Source: Acidimicrobiia bacterium (GTDB taxonomy: Bacteria > Actinomycetota > Acidimicrobiia > Spongiisociales > ZC4RG35). From it: DNA of 64,000 bases. The stretch is taken from the NCBI GenBank assembly GCA_965215185.1, contig OZ244034.1, positions 1,792,001 to 1,856,000 on the forward strand. Direction: 5' to 3'. Made by a program: the position numbers and the translations under genes. Under the pieces are notes generated by a model. That model had not been told where the DNA came from. It saw only the letters and a list, made by a program, of their open reading frames with translations, and did no database searches. This document shows positions 10,702-23,415 of the stretch, in pieces; the stretch's first letter is position 1; every line of letters starts with the position of its first letter.

Positions 10702-12168
10702 TTGGTTTACGGAGAGTCGAGGTGGTCGGTTACGGAGAGAAACTCCCCATGCGGCGAGCGGATCGGAGTTATCGGCGCCGTGACCCCCTGGCTGGGGAAC
10801 ATCTCGAGTCCTCGCAATGTCGTAGTTTCCGCAGTGCTGCCGGCGGTGGCCGCGGAGGCCGCCAAACTGACCGCCGACGGAGTAAACAAGATCATCTTGG
10901 TCAGCCATCTCCAGGACGTGGAGGAAGAGGTGGCGTTGGTCGCAGACCTCACCGACGTGGACGTGGTGATAGCCGGTGGCGGGGACGACCTGCTGCGCAA
11001 CGAGGGCGACAGTTGCATGCCGGACGAGGAGCCGTATGACGTCTATCCGATGAGGATCACCGACGCGTCGGGCACCGAGGTGCCAGTGATAACCGCTCCC
11101 GGCGGGTACCGGTGCATCGGCGAACTGTCGGTGACCTTCGACGCCGACGGCAACATCACCAGCTCCTCGGGACGTTCGATCGGAGTGGGCTTCGATGTTG
11201 TCCCCGACCCCGGAGTGCAGGCCAGCGTGATCGACCCCCTGACGGCGGCGGTAGCCGAGATAGACGCCGATGTGATCGGCGTGAGCCAGGTGGACTTGGA
11301 CGGTCGCAGGTCGATGGTGCGCACCACCGACACCAACGTGGGGAACCTGTTGGCGGACGCCATTCGCGCAACAGCCACTCATTTGTCGGCTGGCTTCGGC
11401 ATTTCAGCGCCCCAGGTGGCGGTGACCAACGGCGGCGGCATTCGCAACGACTCGCTAATCCCCGCCGGCGACGTCACCACCGGAATAACCTGGGATATCG
11501 CCCCCTTCAACAACTTTGTGGTGGTGGGTGAAGTGCCCCGCGAGACCCTTCGCGCCCTCTTGGAGCAAGCGGTGAGCAGCGTGCCCGGCGCTGGCGGGCA
11601 GTTTGCCCAAGTCTCGGGTTTCACTTTCGACTACGATCCGACCGCCGCGGCTCGGGAGGTCGACCGGTCGGGCGACTGCTCGGTGATCGGATCACCCGGC
11701 GGACGGGTGCGCAACGTCACCCTTGACGACGGGACTGTGATCGTCAGCGACGGTTCGGTGGTCCCCGGCGCTTCGGTGATGCTGGCCATCGTCGACTTTT
11801 TGGCCAACGGCGGAGACTGCTATCCCCTGACGGAAGTGGAGACCACCCGGCTGGGAGTCACCTACCAGCAGGCCCTCGCCAACTACATAGCAGGAGATCT
11901 GGGCGGCGTGATCGGCGCCGACGACTATCCCACCGACGGCGGCGGCAGGATCACCGCCCTGGAGGCGACGGAGGCCGCCGGCACCCGCTCCTACACGGTT
12001 CGCCCCGGCGACTCTCTGCGCAAGATCGCCCAATCCCTGCTGGGATCAGAACTCCGCTGGCCAGAGATATTCGCCCTTAACCAAGGCAATACCCAAGCCG
12101 ACGGACGCACCCTGACCAACCCCAACCTGATCCACATCGGTTGGATTCTGGAAATCCCCGCCGCCTGA
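10702..12168 (+). CDS. 5'-nucleotidase C-terminal domain + LysM protein, apparently N-terminally truncated
   Basis: IILVSH, DVVIAGG, NGGGIR, APFNN, QVSG; C-terminal YTVRPGDSL...NPNLIHIGWILEIP; no N-terminal DxH/GD/GNHE motifs or signal peptide. Confidence 0.75.
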   Translation: MVYGESRWSVTERNSPCGERIGVIGAVTPWLGNISSPRNVVVSAVLPAVAAEAAKLTADGVNKIILVSHLQDVEEEVALVADLTDVDVVIAGGGDDLLRNEGDSCMPDEEPYDVYPMRITDASGTEVPVITAPGGYRCIGELSVTFDADGNITSSSGRSIGVGFDVVPDPGVQASVIDPLTAAVAEIDADVIGVSQVDLDGRRSMVRTTDTNVGNLLADAIRATATHLSAGFGISAPQVAVTNGGGIRNDSLIPAGDVTTGITWDIAPFNNFVVVGEVPRETLRALLEQAVSSVPGAGGQFAQVSGFTFDYDPTAAAREVDRSGDCSVIGSPGGRVRNVTLDDGTVIVSDGSVVPGASVMLAIVDFLANGGDCYPLTEVETTRLGVTYQQALANYIAGDLGGVIGADDYPTDGGGRITALEATEAAGTRSYTVRPGDSLRKIAQSLLGSELRWPEIFALNQGNTQADGRTLTNPNLIHIGWILEIPAA

Positions 12169-12245
12169 CTTAACCAAACCCGCCGTCTTACCCGCCCCCC
12201 GCGCCACCGTGGGGGGCGGGTCGGACCCTCACCCTGAAGGATCTA

Positions 12246-12536
12246 TTGCGTTCCGTGCAGTCCGGACTCAAGAGCTTTATCACCACCGGAGCGTCGGCCG
12301 ACAGGTTGCTCTGGGGATCAGACAACATTGTCTTAGAATCCGGGCGCGCCGAACGCCGTCGGCGACTACTCTCCTGCACCAAGCAAACAGAGTCAATCTC
12401 GCGAAGGGAGGCCGCACAATTGTGTGAGATCGACCCACACCAGGCCAGTCGCCTGCTCCGAGAATCGCGAGACGACGGCGAACTGGTAATGGTCGGTAAA
12501 CGGCGCGGCGCCCGATATGTCCTCCCCGCGGGGTAA
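12246..12536 (+). pseudogene. Remnant C-terminal winged helix of an ATP-binding/regulatory protein
   Basis: ISRREAAQLCEIDPHQASRLL...GKRRGARY; no convincing 5' part. Confidence 0.45.
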
Positions 12537-12747
12537 CCCCCTCGCCACCCCCACTCTGGTGGTGGGCATCGCGTCACTGGCAGTGTATCCGCTGGACTCC
12601 ATCCGGTTGAGCTTTGCCCTGGGCGCCCTCGCCTCGGTGATGGGGTCGGTGGCCGTACGGCGGGATCACAAGCTGAAACGAGCGGGGATCGGAATGGTGT
12701 TGGGACTCATCGCATTCATAACCAGCGGATTACCCATCCGCTTCTAG
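12517..12747 (+). CDS. Small membrane protein
   Basis: Two to three hydrophobic segments. Confidence 0.5.
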   Translation: MSSPRGNPLATPTLVVGIASLAVYPLDSIRLSFALGALASVMGSVAVRRDHKLKRAGIGMVLGLIAFITSGLPIRF

Positions 12748-12983
12748 GTCGAACCCGCCACGAAACCAGCAAACGTTGACGACCCGGAAGGGCCGGCGCA
12801 GAGTTGGGCAACTCCCACAGAATCACCCGAAGCTGGGAAAAATACCCCCGGTCAGAGGTTGACCCCGGCCAGTTAACCAACTCATACTGGCCACAGCCGC
12901 AAAACAAATGGCGGTCCTGGTCCCGAGCTCACCAGACCGCGGTTACAAGACACGAAATCTGGTTCCCTACTGATATGGGTCAA

Positions 12984-13057
12984 CGCGATTTCACAACGGA
13001 ACGGAGGTGGCGGGGGAGGGTACCCGACAGGGGGGAAATAGGCCCGCGAATTTCGCG
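12984..13057 (-). repeat. ~74-bp dispersed intergenic repeat, copy 2
   Basis: Reverse strand CGCGAAATT...GGGTACCCTCCCCCGCCACC...GAAATCGCG. Confidence 0.7.
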
Positions 13058-13119
13058 ACTTAACAAAGACATGAACTGTGGCAGCGCCGAGGCGGCGCCT
13101 TATCGGTCACATGGCGTGG

Positions 13120-15509
13120 TTATGACGCCGATCCCACCATTTCGCCCAGCTTCATAAGGTAGCCAACGCGAGCCTCGGTGGAAATGTACTTTGGATTGCT
13201 TGCGTCGTCACCCAGCTTTTGCCGGAGGCTCCTTACCACCGTCCGCATAGGCCGCAAGTCACCGCTGTTACCCGGACCCCACACCTCGCGCAACAGATGT
13301 CGGTAGGGGAGCACCTGCCCCGCGTGGACTGAAAGCTCATACAGCATCCGGTACTCGATGCCGGTCAGATGCACGGAACGTCCGTCCATAGTCACTTCAC
13401 GTTTTGCAAAGTGGATGTGAAGATCACCAAGAACATACTCTTCGGCGTTTTTGGCGGGGCGGGGCGCTTCTCGCCTTCTCAGGCCGGCCTCGATCCTGGC
13501 CCCCAGTTCCGTCGGCGAGAAGGGCTTGACAATGTAATCGACGGCCCCCAGGGCCAGGGCCCGGGCAATAATCTCATCCTGGCCGTAGACCGACAGGAAG
13601 ATAACCGGCACGTCTAAGGGGCGGAAGAAGTTCTCCATCAGTTCCAGACCGTCGGTCCCTGGGAGCATCAAGTCGAGCAGCACCAGATGGGGCTTTTCTT
13701 CCTCCATCAAGCGGCCAATCTCCTCCGCATCGCCGGTCAGAATGGGTATGTAGCCCGCTTTCGTCAGGGCATCCCGAACGTACTTGAGAGCATGGGGGTC
13801 GTCGTCCACCGCCAGTATCCGTTTCCGGTCGGATGCGGTGTGGTTTCCGAGCGCGGGGTGCAGGTCGGGTAGGAGCGTTTCCTTAACTGCCGGAATATTG
13901 AATAGGAACCGGCTTCCCAGGCCCGGGCCGTCGCTCTCGGCCCAGATACGACCCCCGTGGGCCTCCACTATCCCCCTGCCAATGGCCAGGCCCAAACCCG
14001 TTCCCTCCAGGTTCCTATCCCCATCCCTGCCGCGGAGCCGAGAAAACTTCCTGAACAGGTGGGGCAGGCGTTCGGCCGGCAAACCTGCACCGTCGTCGGC
14101 GACCGACACCGATACAAAGACCCCCTCCAGCATGGCGGTCACCCGGATGGGCGAAGAGTCGGCCGAGTGCCTGGCAGCGTTGGAGAGCAGGTTGTCCAGC
14201 ACTTGGACGATGCGGCGGCGGTCGGCCATCACCGACGGCAGATCGGAGGGTAGATCGATGTGGAGGTTGTGCCGGCCCCCTCCGCTGAGAAAGCAGGTCC
14301 TGGCCTGGTCGACTAGTACCGCCACGCTGGTGGGTTCGGTGGCCAAGGGCAGTGCACCGGTCTCGATCAGAGCAACATCCAACAGGTCGCGGATCAAGAA
14401 CCGCATTTGGTTGGACTGATCAAGAATGATGCGGTGGAATTGGGCCGTCTCGGCGGGGTGAAGATCAGAGGACTCTTGGAGCAGCGTCTCGGCGGAACCC
14501 TTGATAGTGCTCAACGGAGTGCGCAACTCGTGGCTCACCATGCCCAGGAACTCGGCTCGCAGCCGCTGGATTTCCCTCATGGGGGCCAGATCCTGCAGGG
14601 TCATGACGAAGGATTCCACCGTGCCATCATCGGACCGCACCGGGGTGGCGTTCAGGAGAGCGCTGACGCTGCGGCCGTCGGGAACCTGGATGGTGATCTC
14701 CTCGGCCCGCACTGTCTGCCCGGAAAGGAGCATCTTGGTCGCAAAGCACTTGGAAGGGGGGCAATTCCCCCCTTCCGCACGCCGGACCGTTATAACGTCT
14801 AGGAGTTCCTTGGCCGGCCGTCCCGGTTCCTGCAGATTGCTGATCATCCTTTCGGCCTCCCGATTGACCGACACCAGGTCCCCGGTCCTTACGTCGAACA
14901 CCAAGACACCCACCGGAGAAGTGTTGATCAAAGTCTCCAGATCGGTTCTGGCCCGTTGTTCATCCCGGTGTCGGCGGGCATTGGCGATGACCATCCCCGC
15001 CTGGGATGCGAACATCACCAGGGTCTCCTCGTCTTCAGGGGTGAACTCCCCGCCAGGGTTCTTTATGGCCAGGAAGATGAAGCCAACGCCCTTGCCCCGG
15101 CGTCGGATTGGCGCCACCAGAAAAGGCAACGCGCCACTGAATTTGCCCGGCGGGGAGAACTCTGGCAACCCCAGCCCCCGTGTGAAGCTATGGAAGTCCG
15201 GCAACCGCAGCGGTTGTTCCATATCTACCAGGGCCTGGTAATACAGCAGGCCATCGGGCAGGATTTCAAGGTCCCGGTGTTCCTGCGGGGTCATTCCCGA
15301 GGTGACAAAGAACTTCGCATGCCCCGCTTCATCTACCAGAGCGATGCCGCCATAGCGGGCCTCGGTCAGCGTCCGGGCGCTGTATACACCTCATCAAGGA
15401 CATTGTCCAAATCCAGGCTCTCGTTGATCCGGAGGCTGGCTTGACTCAGTCTGGTTAGCCGGTCCCGTAACGCCTGGTTCTCCCGAGCCACATCGTCGTT
15501 GTCTCTCAT
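13120..15509 (-). CDS. Soluble hybrid sensor kinase/response regulator (GAF-PAS-HisKA-HATPase-REC-winged helix), frameshift near 15385
   Basis: VSHELRTPL, NLLSNA, GTGLGL, LLDLMLPG, KPF, OmpR-type tail; N-terminus MRDNDDVARENQ... from 15509 is in another frame. Confidence 0.85.
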
Positions 15510-15601
15510 TTCAACCACCGGAATTGTAACCTGAACCAGGGCTTATGCCCTGTTGAACCGCCTGCCGGGAAACTAGGTCGATCAGCAACTGAGCAAGGTG
15601 A

Positions 15602-16396
15602 TCAGGTCCTCCCCGAGGGAGGACGGCCCGGGCCGGGGGGGCCGGCATAGGCTTGGGCGATCTGCATCCAGCGGGCGGCGAGATTGCCTTCTATGACCAG
15701 ACGGGTGTCGTCGGGATGGCGGCGCTGGGTCACCACCAGGCAGAAGTCCAGAAGCGGGCCGGTGACACAAGCTTGCGCGGTGTCGTTCCAGACCCGGGTA
15801 CGCCCCGACGAGCCCCGTAGCGCCACCCGCACCCGCTTTTCGGGCACCGGCAAGCCCCGGTTGCGAAAGCTCCAGGAAAAGGTCTTGATGCCCAACTCCG
15901 CCACGTGATAGATGCGATCGGTCAGCGGGTACGGCACACCCAACGCCTCGGCCACGTCCTGGCCGTGCGCCCAGTTCTCCATCAGCCGGGCCTGCGCCGA
16001 GGAATGCGCCTTCATCGGTGGCCCGTACCAGGGAAGCCGCTGATCGGGATCAGCCCCACCCATGGCGGCATGCAACTGGGCCCGCGCCCTTCTCCACCAG
16101 TCCAGGAGTTCGGACCCTTCCATCCCCCGACCCGTAGCCATGATCTCGTCCTCAACGCCCCACGGATCCTCGGACGCCATCAACTCGGCCACCATTGCCA
16201 CGAACCCCTCGGGATCGGTCACCGTCTGTGCCGCCTTCTCGTCGAAATAGGCCAGATGGCTGATCTGATCGGTCACATTCCACCCTTCCGATGGAGTTGC
16301 GGTCGCCCAACCGGACTCGTCCAGATCCGCCACCAAGCTGTCGAGTGCTTCCTGCTCACCGGCCAGATCGGCCAGCACCGACTGCATACCCGCCAC
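15602..16396 (-). CDS. TIGR03084-like mycothiol-dependent maleylpyruvate isomerase family metal-binding protein
   Basis: GWNVTDQISHLAYFD, ARLMENWAHGQD, VTQRRH, AQAYAGPPG. Confidence 0.85.
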   Translation of the reverse strand: MAGMQSVLADLAGEQEALDSLVADLDESGWATATPSEGWNVTDQISHLAYFDEKAAQTVTDPEGFVAMVAELMASEDPWGVEDEIMATGRGMEGSELLDWWRRARAQLHAAMGGADPDQRLPWYGPPMKAHSSAQARLMENWAHGQDVAEALGVPYPLTDRIYHVAELGIKTFSWSFRNRGLPVPEKRVRVALRGSSGRTRVWNDTAQACVTGPLLDFCLVVTQRRHPDDTRLVIEGNLAARWMQIAQAYAGPPGPGRPPSGRT

Positions 16397-17291
16397 TACA
16401 GCGGAGCCTTCCCCACCTTTTCGCCGACCATGTGCTCCAGGGCCTTCACCAGACCATGGTTGCCCTCCGCTCCCAGGCCCCTGTGTTGCAACGCCCGATA
16501 AAGCTGGAACACCAATGCGGTTCCCGGCAGGGGAACCCCCAATTCGTCAGCCGCCTCCAGCACCAACCGCAGATCCTTTTGCTGCAGATCGATGGTGAAA
16601 CCGGGACGCCAATCCCGCACGATCATCTGCGGGCCCCGGTTGGCCAACATCCAAGAAGTCGCCGCGCCGGCGGTCACCGCCGACAGAGTCGACTCCAACT
16701 CCAGCCCGCCGATCTCGGCAAACAACAATGCCTCCGACGCCGCCAACTGGTTCACCGCCACCAGCACCTGGTTGACCAGTTTCACCATCTGCCCCGAGCC
16801 CACCGGACCGGTGTGGGTGATGTTCTTTCCCATCACCTCCAGATACGGGCGCACCCGATCGAGGTCCGAAGCCTCACCTCCCACCATGATCGACAGGGTT
16901 CCAAGCTCTGCTCCCTCGTTTCCCCCGCTCACCGGACCGTCCAGCCACGAAGACCCCGCCTCTTCGGCCAGGCTCGCCAGTCGCCGGGTCTCCGACGGGC
17001 TGATGGTGGAGTGATCAACCACCACCGAACCGGGCGACAACCCGGCCAGGATTCCGTCGGGTCCCTCGGTGACCGCCACCACGTCGGGAGTGTCGGAAAC
17101 GCAAATCAACACCACCGTGGACCGCTCCGCCACCTCCCGGGCCGATCCTGCCGCCGAGGCGCCCAGGTCGATGACCGGCGCCATCCGGGAGGCAGTGCGG
17201 TTCCACACCACCACGTCATAGCCGGCCCGCACCAGGTTGGCGGCCATTCCTCCTCCCATTATCCCCAACCCTATAAATCCAAGCTTCTCAC

Positions 17292-17295
<4 letters not shown>
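16396..17295 (-). CDS. NAD(P)-dependent 3-hydroxyisobutyrate dehydrogenase/tartronate semialdehyde reductase family
   Basis: GFIGLGIMG, DGPVSGG, KLVNQ, QKDL. Confidence 0.9.
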
Positions 17296-19260
<1,965 letters not shown>

Positions 19261-19264
<4 letters not shown>

Positions 19265-20046
19265 AACGACGGCGCCTCGATCCCCAGCCGGGCCTGCAAC
19301 CGACTCATCCCCGCCAGCCAACGGTCGTAGTCGGTGGCCTTGCCTGCAAAGTACTCACTCACTTCCGGATGGGGAAGGATCAAAAAGCTCTCGGCCCGCA
19401 GGCCTTCCACCACCGCCTCGGCCACCTGATCAGCCGACAATCCCACCTGGTGCGCCATAGCCATCATTCCCGCCGGCAGCAGATCATCCAAAAGCCCCGT
19501 GAACACGAACTGCGGGCACAGCGTCGAGACCTTCAAACCCTGGTCGGCGTAGGTGATCTGCAGCCACTCGGCCAACGCCACCACCGCGTGCTTGGTCACC
19601 GAATAGGCCGCTGCTCCGAAGTTGGTCAAAAGCCCCGCCGCCGAGGCGGTGTGCAACAGATACCCCTCGCCGCGCGCCAGCATCCCGGGCAGCACCGCCC
19701 GCGCCGCGTAAACATGGGACATGAAGTTGATTTCCCAGATGCGCTGCCAGTCCTCATCAGACGTCTCCACTCCCCCCTCCATCCCGATCCCGGCGTTGGC
19801 GCAATACAGGTCGATGGGACCCAACCGATCCTCCACTTCGGTAACAACGCTCTGCGTATCGGATTCGTTGGCCACATTGGCCCCGAACCACAACCCGCCG
19901 ATCTCTTCTCCCACCCGGCCAGCGGCGTCTCCGTCCAGGTCCACCACCGCCACCCGGGCGCCCTCGGAAGAAAACCGACGGCACAAACCCTCTCCGATCC
20001 CGTTCCCCCCGCCGGTCACCACTACCACCCGATCAGCCAATTCCAT
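19261..20046 (-). CDS. SDR family oxidoreductase
   Basis: TGGGNGIG, NAG, YSVTK. Confidence 0.92.
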
Positions 20047-20189
20047 GTTCGGTTCGCTCCTTGATAGTTTCTAGGCTCCCCATTTTGGCAGATCCGCCAC
20101 CGCACCGGACCGCCCACAGACTCAAACCTCCACTCCCATCCCGAGTGGGCGAATCTAGGATAGGCGTCAACTGCCAGAAGGGGAGCGAC

Positions 20190-20372
20190 ATGGCACAGAT
20201 CAAAAAGCCAATCGATGAGAGCACTTCCGCAAACAGCGATGGCCAAGACCAACAGGGGAGGGACTTTCCGCCGTTGCGGGAGACAATCCATTCTTCGGAA
20301 AAGCGCTGGGACCTCATACAAACGGAGATAGCCCGTCACCAGGATGTTCTGGCTGAACTCGCCGACTCTTGA
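20190..20372 (+). CDS. Putative antitoxin of Doc toxin
   Basis: 60 aa with RBS, overlaps doc start; C-terminal RHQDVLAELADS helix. Confidence 0.55.
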   Translation: MAQIKKPIDESTSANSDGQDQQGRDFPPLRETIHSSEKRWDLIQTEIARHQDVLAELADS

Positions 20373-20755
20373 AAGAGCCGAACTGGGTATCTGAGAACGA
20401 GGCAATAGCCTTGCATGACGAGGCTCTCCTCAATCACGGCGGATCGCCGGGGATACGAGACCGGCGACTGCTGGAATCGGCACTGGCGCGGCCTCGTCAG
20501 ATACTGGCCTATGCCAGCAACCCGAACATCGTGGAATTAGCCGCCGCTTACACAACTGGAATTGTCAAAAACCACCCTTTCGTGGACGGCAACAAACGGA
20601 CCGGATATTCTGTAGCGGTCGCCTTCCTGATTCTGAACGGTTATCGCATCGCTGCCACCGGCGGAATGAAAGAGGCTGTGGTCAACCTGGTGGAGGGATC
20701 GTTGAGCGAAGCGGATTTCGCCGCCTTCCTGGGATCGGCCGTCGAGCCCTCGTAG
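20369..20755 (+). CDS. doc: Death-on-curing (Doc/Fic) toxin
   Basis: GIRDRRLLESALARP, HPFVDGNKRTG. Confidence 0.92.
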   Translation: MKEPNWVSENEAIALHDEALLNHGGSPGIRDRRLLESALARPRQILAYASNPNIVELAAAYTTGIVKNHPFVDGNKRTGYSVAVAFLILNGYRIAATGGMKEAVVNLVEGSLSEADFAAFLGSAVEPS

Positions 20756-20843
20756 TCCCCGGCCCGAATCTTTCACCACAACCCAGAACCCTGTTCCTCC
20801 AACGAGTTCGGAAAGAACGTCCCGGGCTATAGGGAAAACGGGT

Positions 20844-21818
20844 TCAACCGCGCCGAAAGTGCGGAATCACCTCCGCCGCGAACAGTTCCAGCAACTCCTC
20901 GAAGCGGTCGAAATCCGAACGCAGATCAACCATGAAGTGATCCACGCCCCGGGCGTCGAAGTCGCCCACCCGCTCCACGATCTCGGGGATGTCCCCCGCC
21001 ACCAAGATCCCGCGCAGATCATCGAAGCTGCGATATCCCCCCGGCGGGGCTATCCAGAACCTGCTCCCTTCCGACGAACTGGAAAGCGCCGAAATATCCA
21101 GCCCGGCCAGCGCCTCGGCCTTGGTGCGGGCGATGCGCAGGCGAGGGATCACCCCCACCACGCAGGGCGGGCGTCCCCACTCGGCTTCCTTCTCCCGCAG
21201 ATAAGCCAGCCGGTCGTCGAAGGTGGGAAAGGGCATTCCCCCCGGCAGCCACCCGTCACACCACTGTGCGGCCCGGCGCACCGCCGCGCGGGTGGTGCCC
21301 CCGTACCAGATGGGCAGACCTCCCGCCGGACGGGGATGCATGGTCACCGCCTCCACTTGGAACATCCCGCCCGAGAAGTCCACCTGCTCCTGCGTGAAGG
21401 CCTCTCGCCAGATGCGGATGGTCTCGGTGACGATCTCCACCTTGCGATCCGGATCGAGCCCGGCCGCTTCGATCTCGGCCTCGAAGTGGCCGGCGCCGAT
21501 CCCGGCCACCACCCGGTCCCCTCCGGCCAGAAAGTCAAGCGACATCAGTTCTTTGGCGCTCTTGAGGGGCCAGCGGATGGGAATCAACACCGCGGTCCCC
21601 AGCTTGATCCGCTGGGTGACCCCCGCCGCCGCCGCCAGAGTGAGGGTGGCGTCCAAGAAAGTTAGATCGGCGGCCTCGTGGCGGTGAGGCGTCCAGATCA
21701 GGTGATCGCGCACCCACAGCGCGTCGTAATCCAGCCGCTCGGCCAACCGGGCGCCGCGAAGCAAAAGCTCCCGAGACGCCTCCCGTCCGAAATGGGGAAG
21801 CATCACCCCAAAAGTCAT
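20844..21818 (-). CDS. LLM class flavin/F420-dependent oxidoreductase
   Basis: LWVRDH, LGTAVLI, PIWYGG, DGWLP. Confidence 0.88.
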   Translation of the reverse strand: MTFGVMLPHFGREASRELLLRGARLAERLDYDALWVRDHLIWTPHRHEAADLTFLDATLTLAAAAGVTQRIKLGTAVLIPIRWPLKSAKELMSLDFLAGGDRVVAGIGAGHFEAEIEAAGLDPDRKVEIVTETIRIWREAFTQEQVDFSGGMFQVEAVTMHPRPAGGLPIWYGGTTRAAVRRAAQWCDGWLPGGMPFPTFDDRLAYLREKEAEWGRPPCVVGVIPRLRIARTKAEALAGLDISALSSSSEGSRFWIAPPGGYRSFDDLRGILVAGDIPEIVERVGDFDARGVDHFMVDLRSDFDRFEELLELFAAEVIPHFRRG

Positions 21819-21853
21819 TCCTCGTTCGGTCCGCCGCAGCGCGTCGTAGCGCC

Positions 21854-22651
21854 TCACTCGTCTTGGACTTCCCAACGCCGGAAGAAGGTCTGGAAGCGGT
21901 TCATCCCGGCGGTGATCGCCACCGCCAGAAGCGTTATGAAGATGATGGGGACGAACATGTTGGCCATCTGGAATTTGTTGGCGTATCGGATCACCAACCC
22001 GCCCAGTCCGGTGATCACCACGATGATCTCCGCTCCGATCACTCCCACCAGCGCGTGGGAGAGCCCGATCCGCAAACCGGCGAAGATCAGCGGCAGCGCC
22101 CCGGGGATCACCACGGAGGTGGCGATCTTGCGTCGGGTGGCGCAGAAGGAGCGGCCCACTTCCACCAACTCCTCGTCGACGTTCTTCACTCCGGTGGCGG
22201 TGTTGTAGATGATGGGAAACACCGAGGCCAGGATCACCAGCACCACCCGGATCCGGTCGTTGATGCCGAACCAGATGACCAGCACCGGGATCAGCGCGAT
22301 GGACGGCAGGGCGTACATCAGGGTCACGTAGGGTTCCAGCACGTACTCGGCCAGCCGGGAGCGGCCCATCACCATCCCCACCAGCAGCCCGATCACAATC
22401 GCTGCTCCAAAACCCAGGAAGAACGCCCGGGCGGTCACCAGGGCCTCAGCAAAGATCACCCCTTCCACGAAGGTGAGCTCCCAAAAGGCTCTCAGTATCT
22501 CCGAGGGGGGCGCGGCCAGCGCGCGGCTCTGGGCGCGGGTGGATATCTCCCAGAAGCCGAACAGCACCACCGCGAACCCGATCCGCACCATCCAGTCGAC
22601 CAGCGTCCGCCGGCCGGTCAAGTCCAGGACGGGAGTTTTCATTCTTGCCAT
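21854..22651 (-). CDS. NitT/TauT-type ABC permease
   Basis: PSIALIP, EAA-like loop, GLGGL. Confidence 0.88.
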   Translation of the reverse strand: MARMKTPVLDLTGRRTLVDWMVRIGFAVVLFGFWEISTRAQSRALAAPPSEILRAFWELTFVEGVIFAEALVTARAFFLGFGAAIVIGLLVGMVMGRSRLAEYVLEPYVTLMYALPSIALIPVLVIWFGINDRIRVVLVILASVFPIIYNTATGVKNVDEELVEVGRSFCATRRKIATSVVIPGALPLIFAGLRIGLSHALVGVIGAEIIVVITGLGGLVIRYANKFQMANMFVPIIFITLLAVAITAGMNRFQTFFRRWEVQDE

Positions 22652-23415
22652 GGGGTGAGCTTTCTCTCCGCGTACAGCAGCGACCGGGTGAGGATGATGC
22701 TCACCAGCCCCAACAGCAATACCGGGCCGAACAGCTTCTCAGACTGAAAGAAGCGCCCGAACGTCAAGAGCAGAGCGCCCACCCCCGCCGCTCCGGCGGT
22801 CATCTCCGCCACGATCACTCCCACCAGCGCCCTGATGATGCCCACTCTCATCCCCACGAAGATGCCGGGGATGGAGCCGGGAACCAGCACGGTGCGGGTG
22901 ATGTCCCACCGACTGGCGGTGAATGAGCGGGCCGTCTCCTCCAGTTCGGCCGAGACCGTGTTGACCGCCGCGTAGGTGTTGATGATGATGGGAAAGATGG
23001 AGGCGAGCACACTCATCATCACCCGCAGGTTGAAGCCGATCCCGATCAGCAATATGACCAGGGGGATCAGGGTGATCCGGGGAGTGGAGTAAAGGGCTGC
23101 CACATAGGGATCCAAGGCCACCTTGACCACCCGAATCCGCGCCATCCCGAACCCGACCAGGATGCCGCCGATCACCGAGATGGCATATCCCACTCCCACC
23201 GCTTTGAAGGTCTCCACAAAAGCGGGGATGATCCGATCAAGATTGTCAATGAAGGCCGCTCCTATCTCCCACGGATAGGACGCCCAGCGGGGCGCCGCCC
23301 GGCCCGCCAGTTCCCAGGCGCCCACTACCAACACCACCGAGGCCACTCTCACCAATCTGGGCTGAACCCGCCATCCTCCGATCGACAGGCGGACTTCACT
23401 AGCCAGGGTGGTCAT
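22639..23415 (-). CDS. NitT/TauT-type ABC permease
   Basis: YSTPRITLIP, ETARSFTA, GVIVAEM. Confidence 0.88.
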   Translation of the reverse strand: MTTLASEVRLSIGGWRVQPRLVRVASVVLVVGAWELAGRAAPRWASYPWEIGAAFIDNLDRIIPAFVETFKAVGVGYAISVIGGILVGFGMARIRVVKVALDPYVAALYSTPRITLIPLVILLIGIGFNLRVMMSVLASIFPIIINTYAAVNTVSAELEETARSFTASRWDITRTVLVPGSIPGIFVGMRVGIIRALVGVIVAEMTAGAAGVGALLLTFGRFFQSEKLFGPVLLLGLVSIILTRSLLYAERKLTPWQE

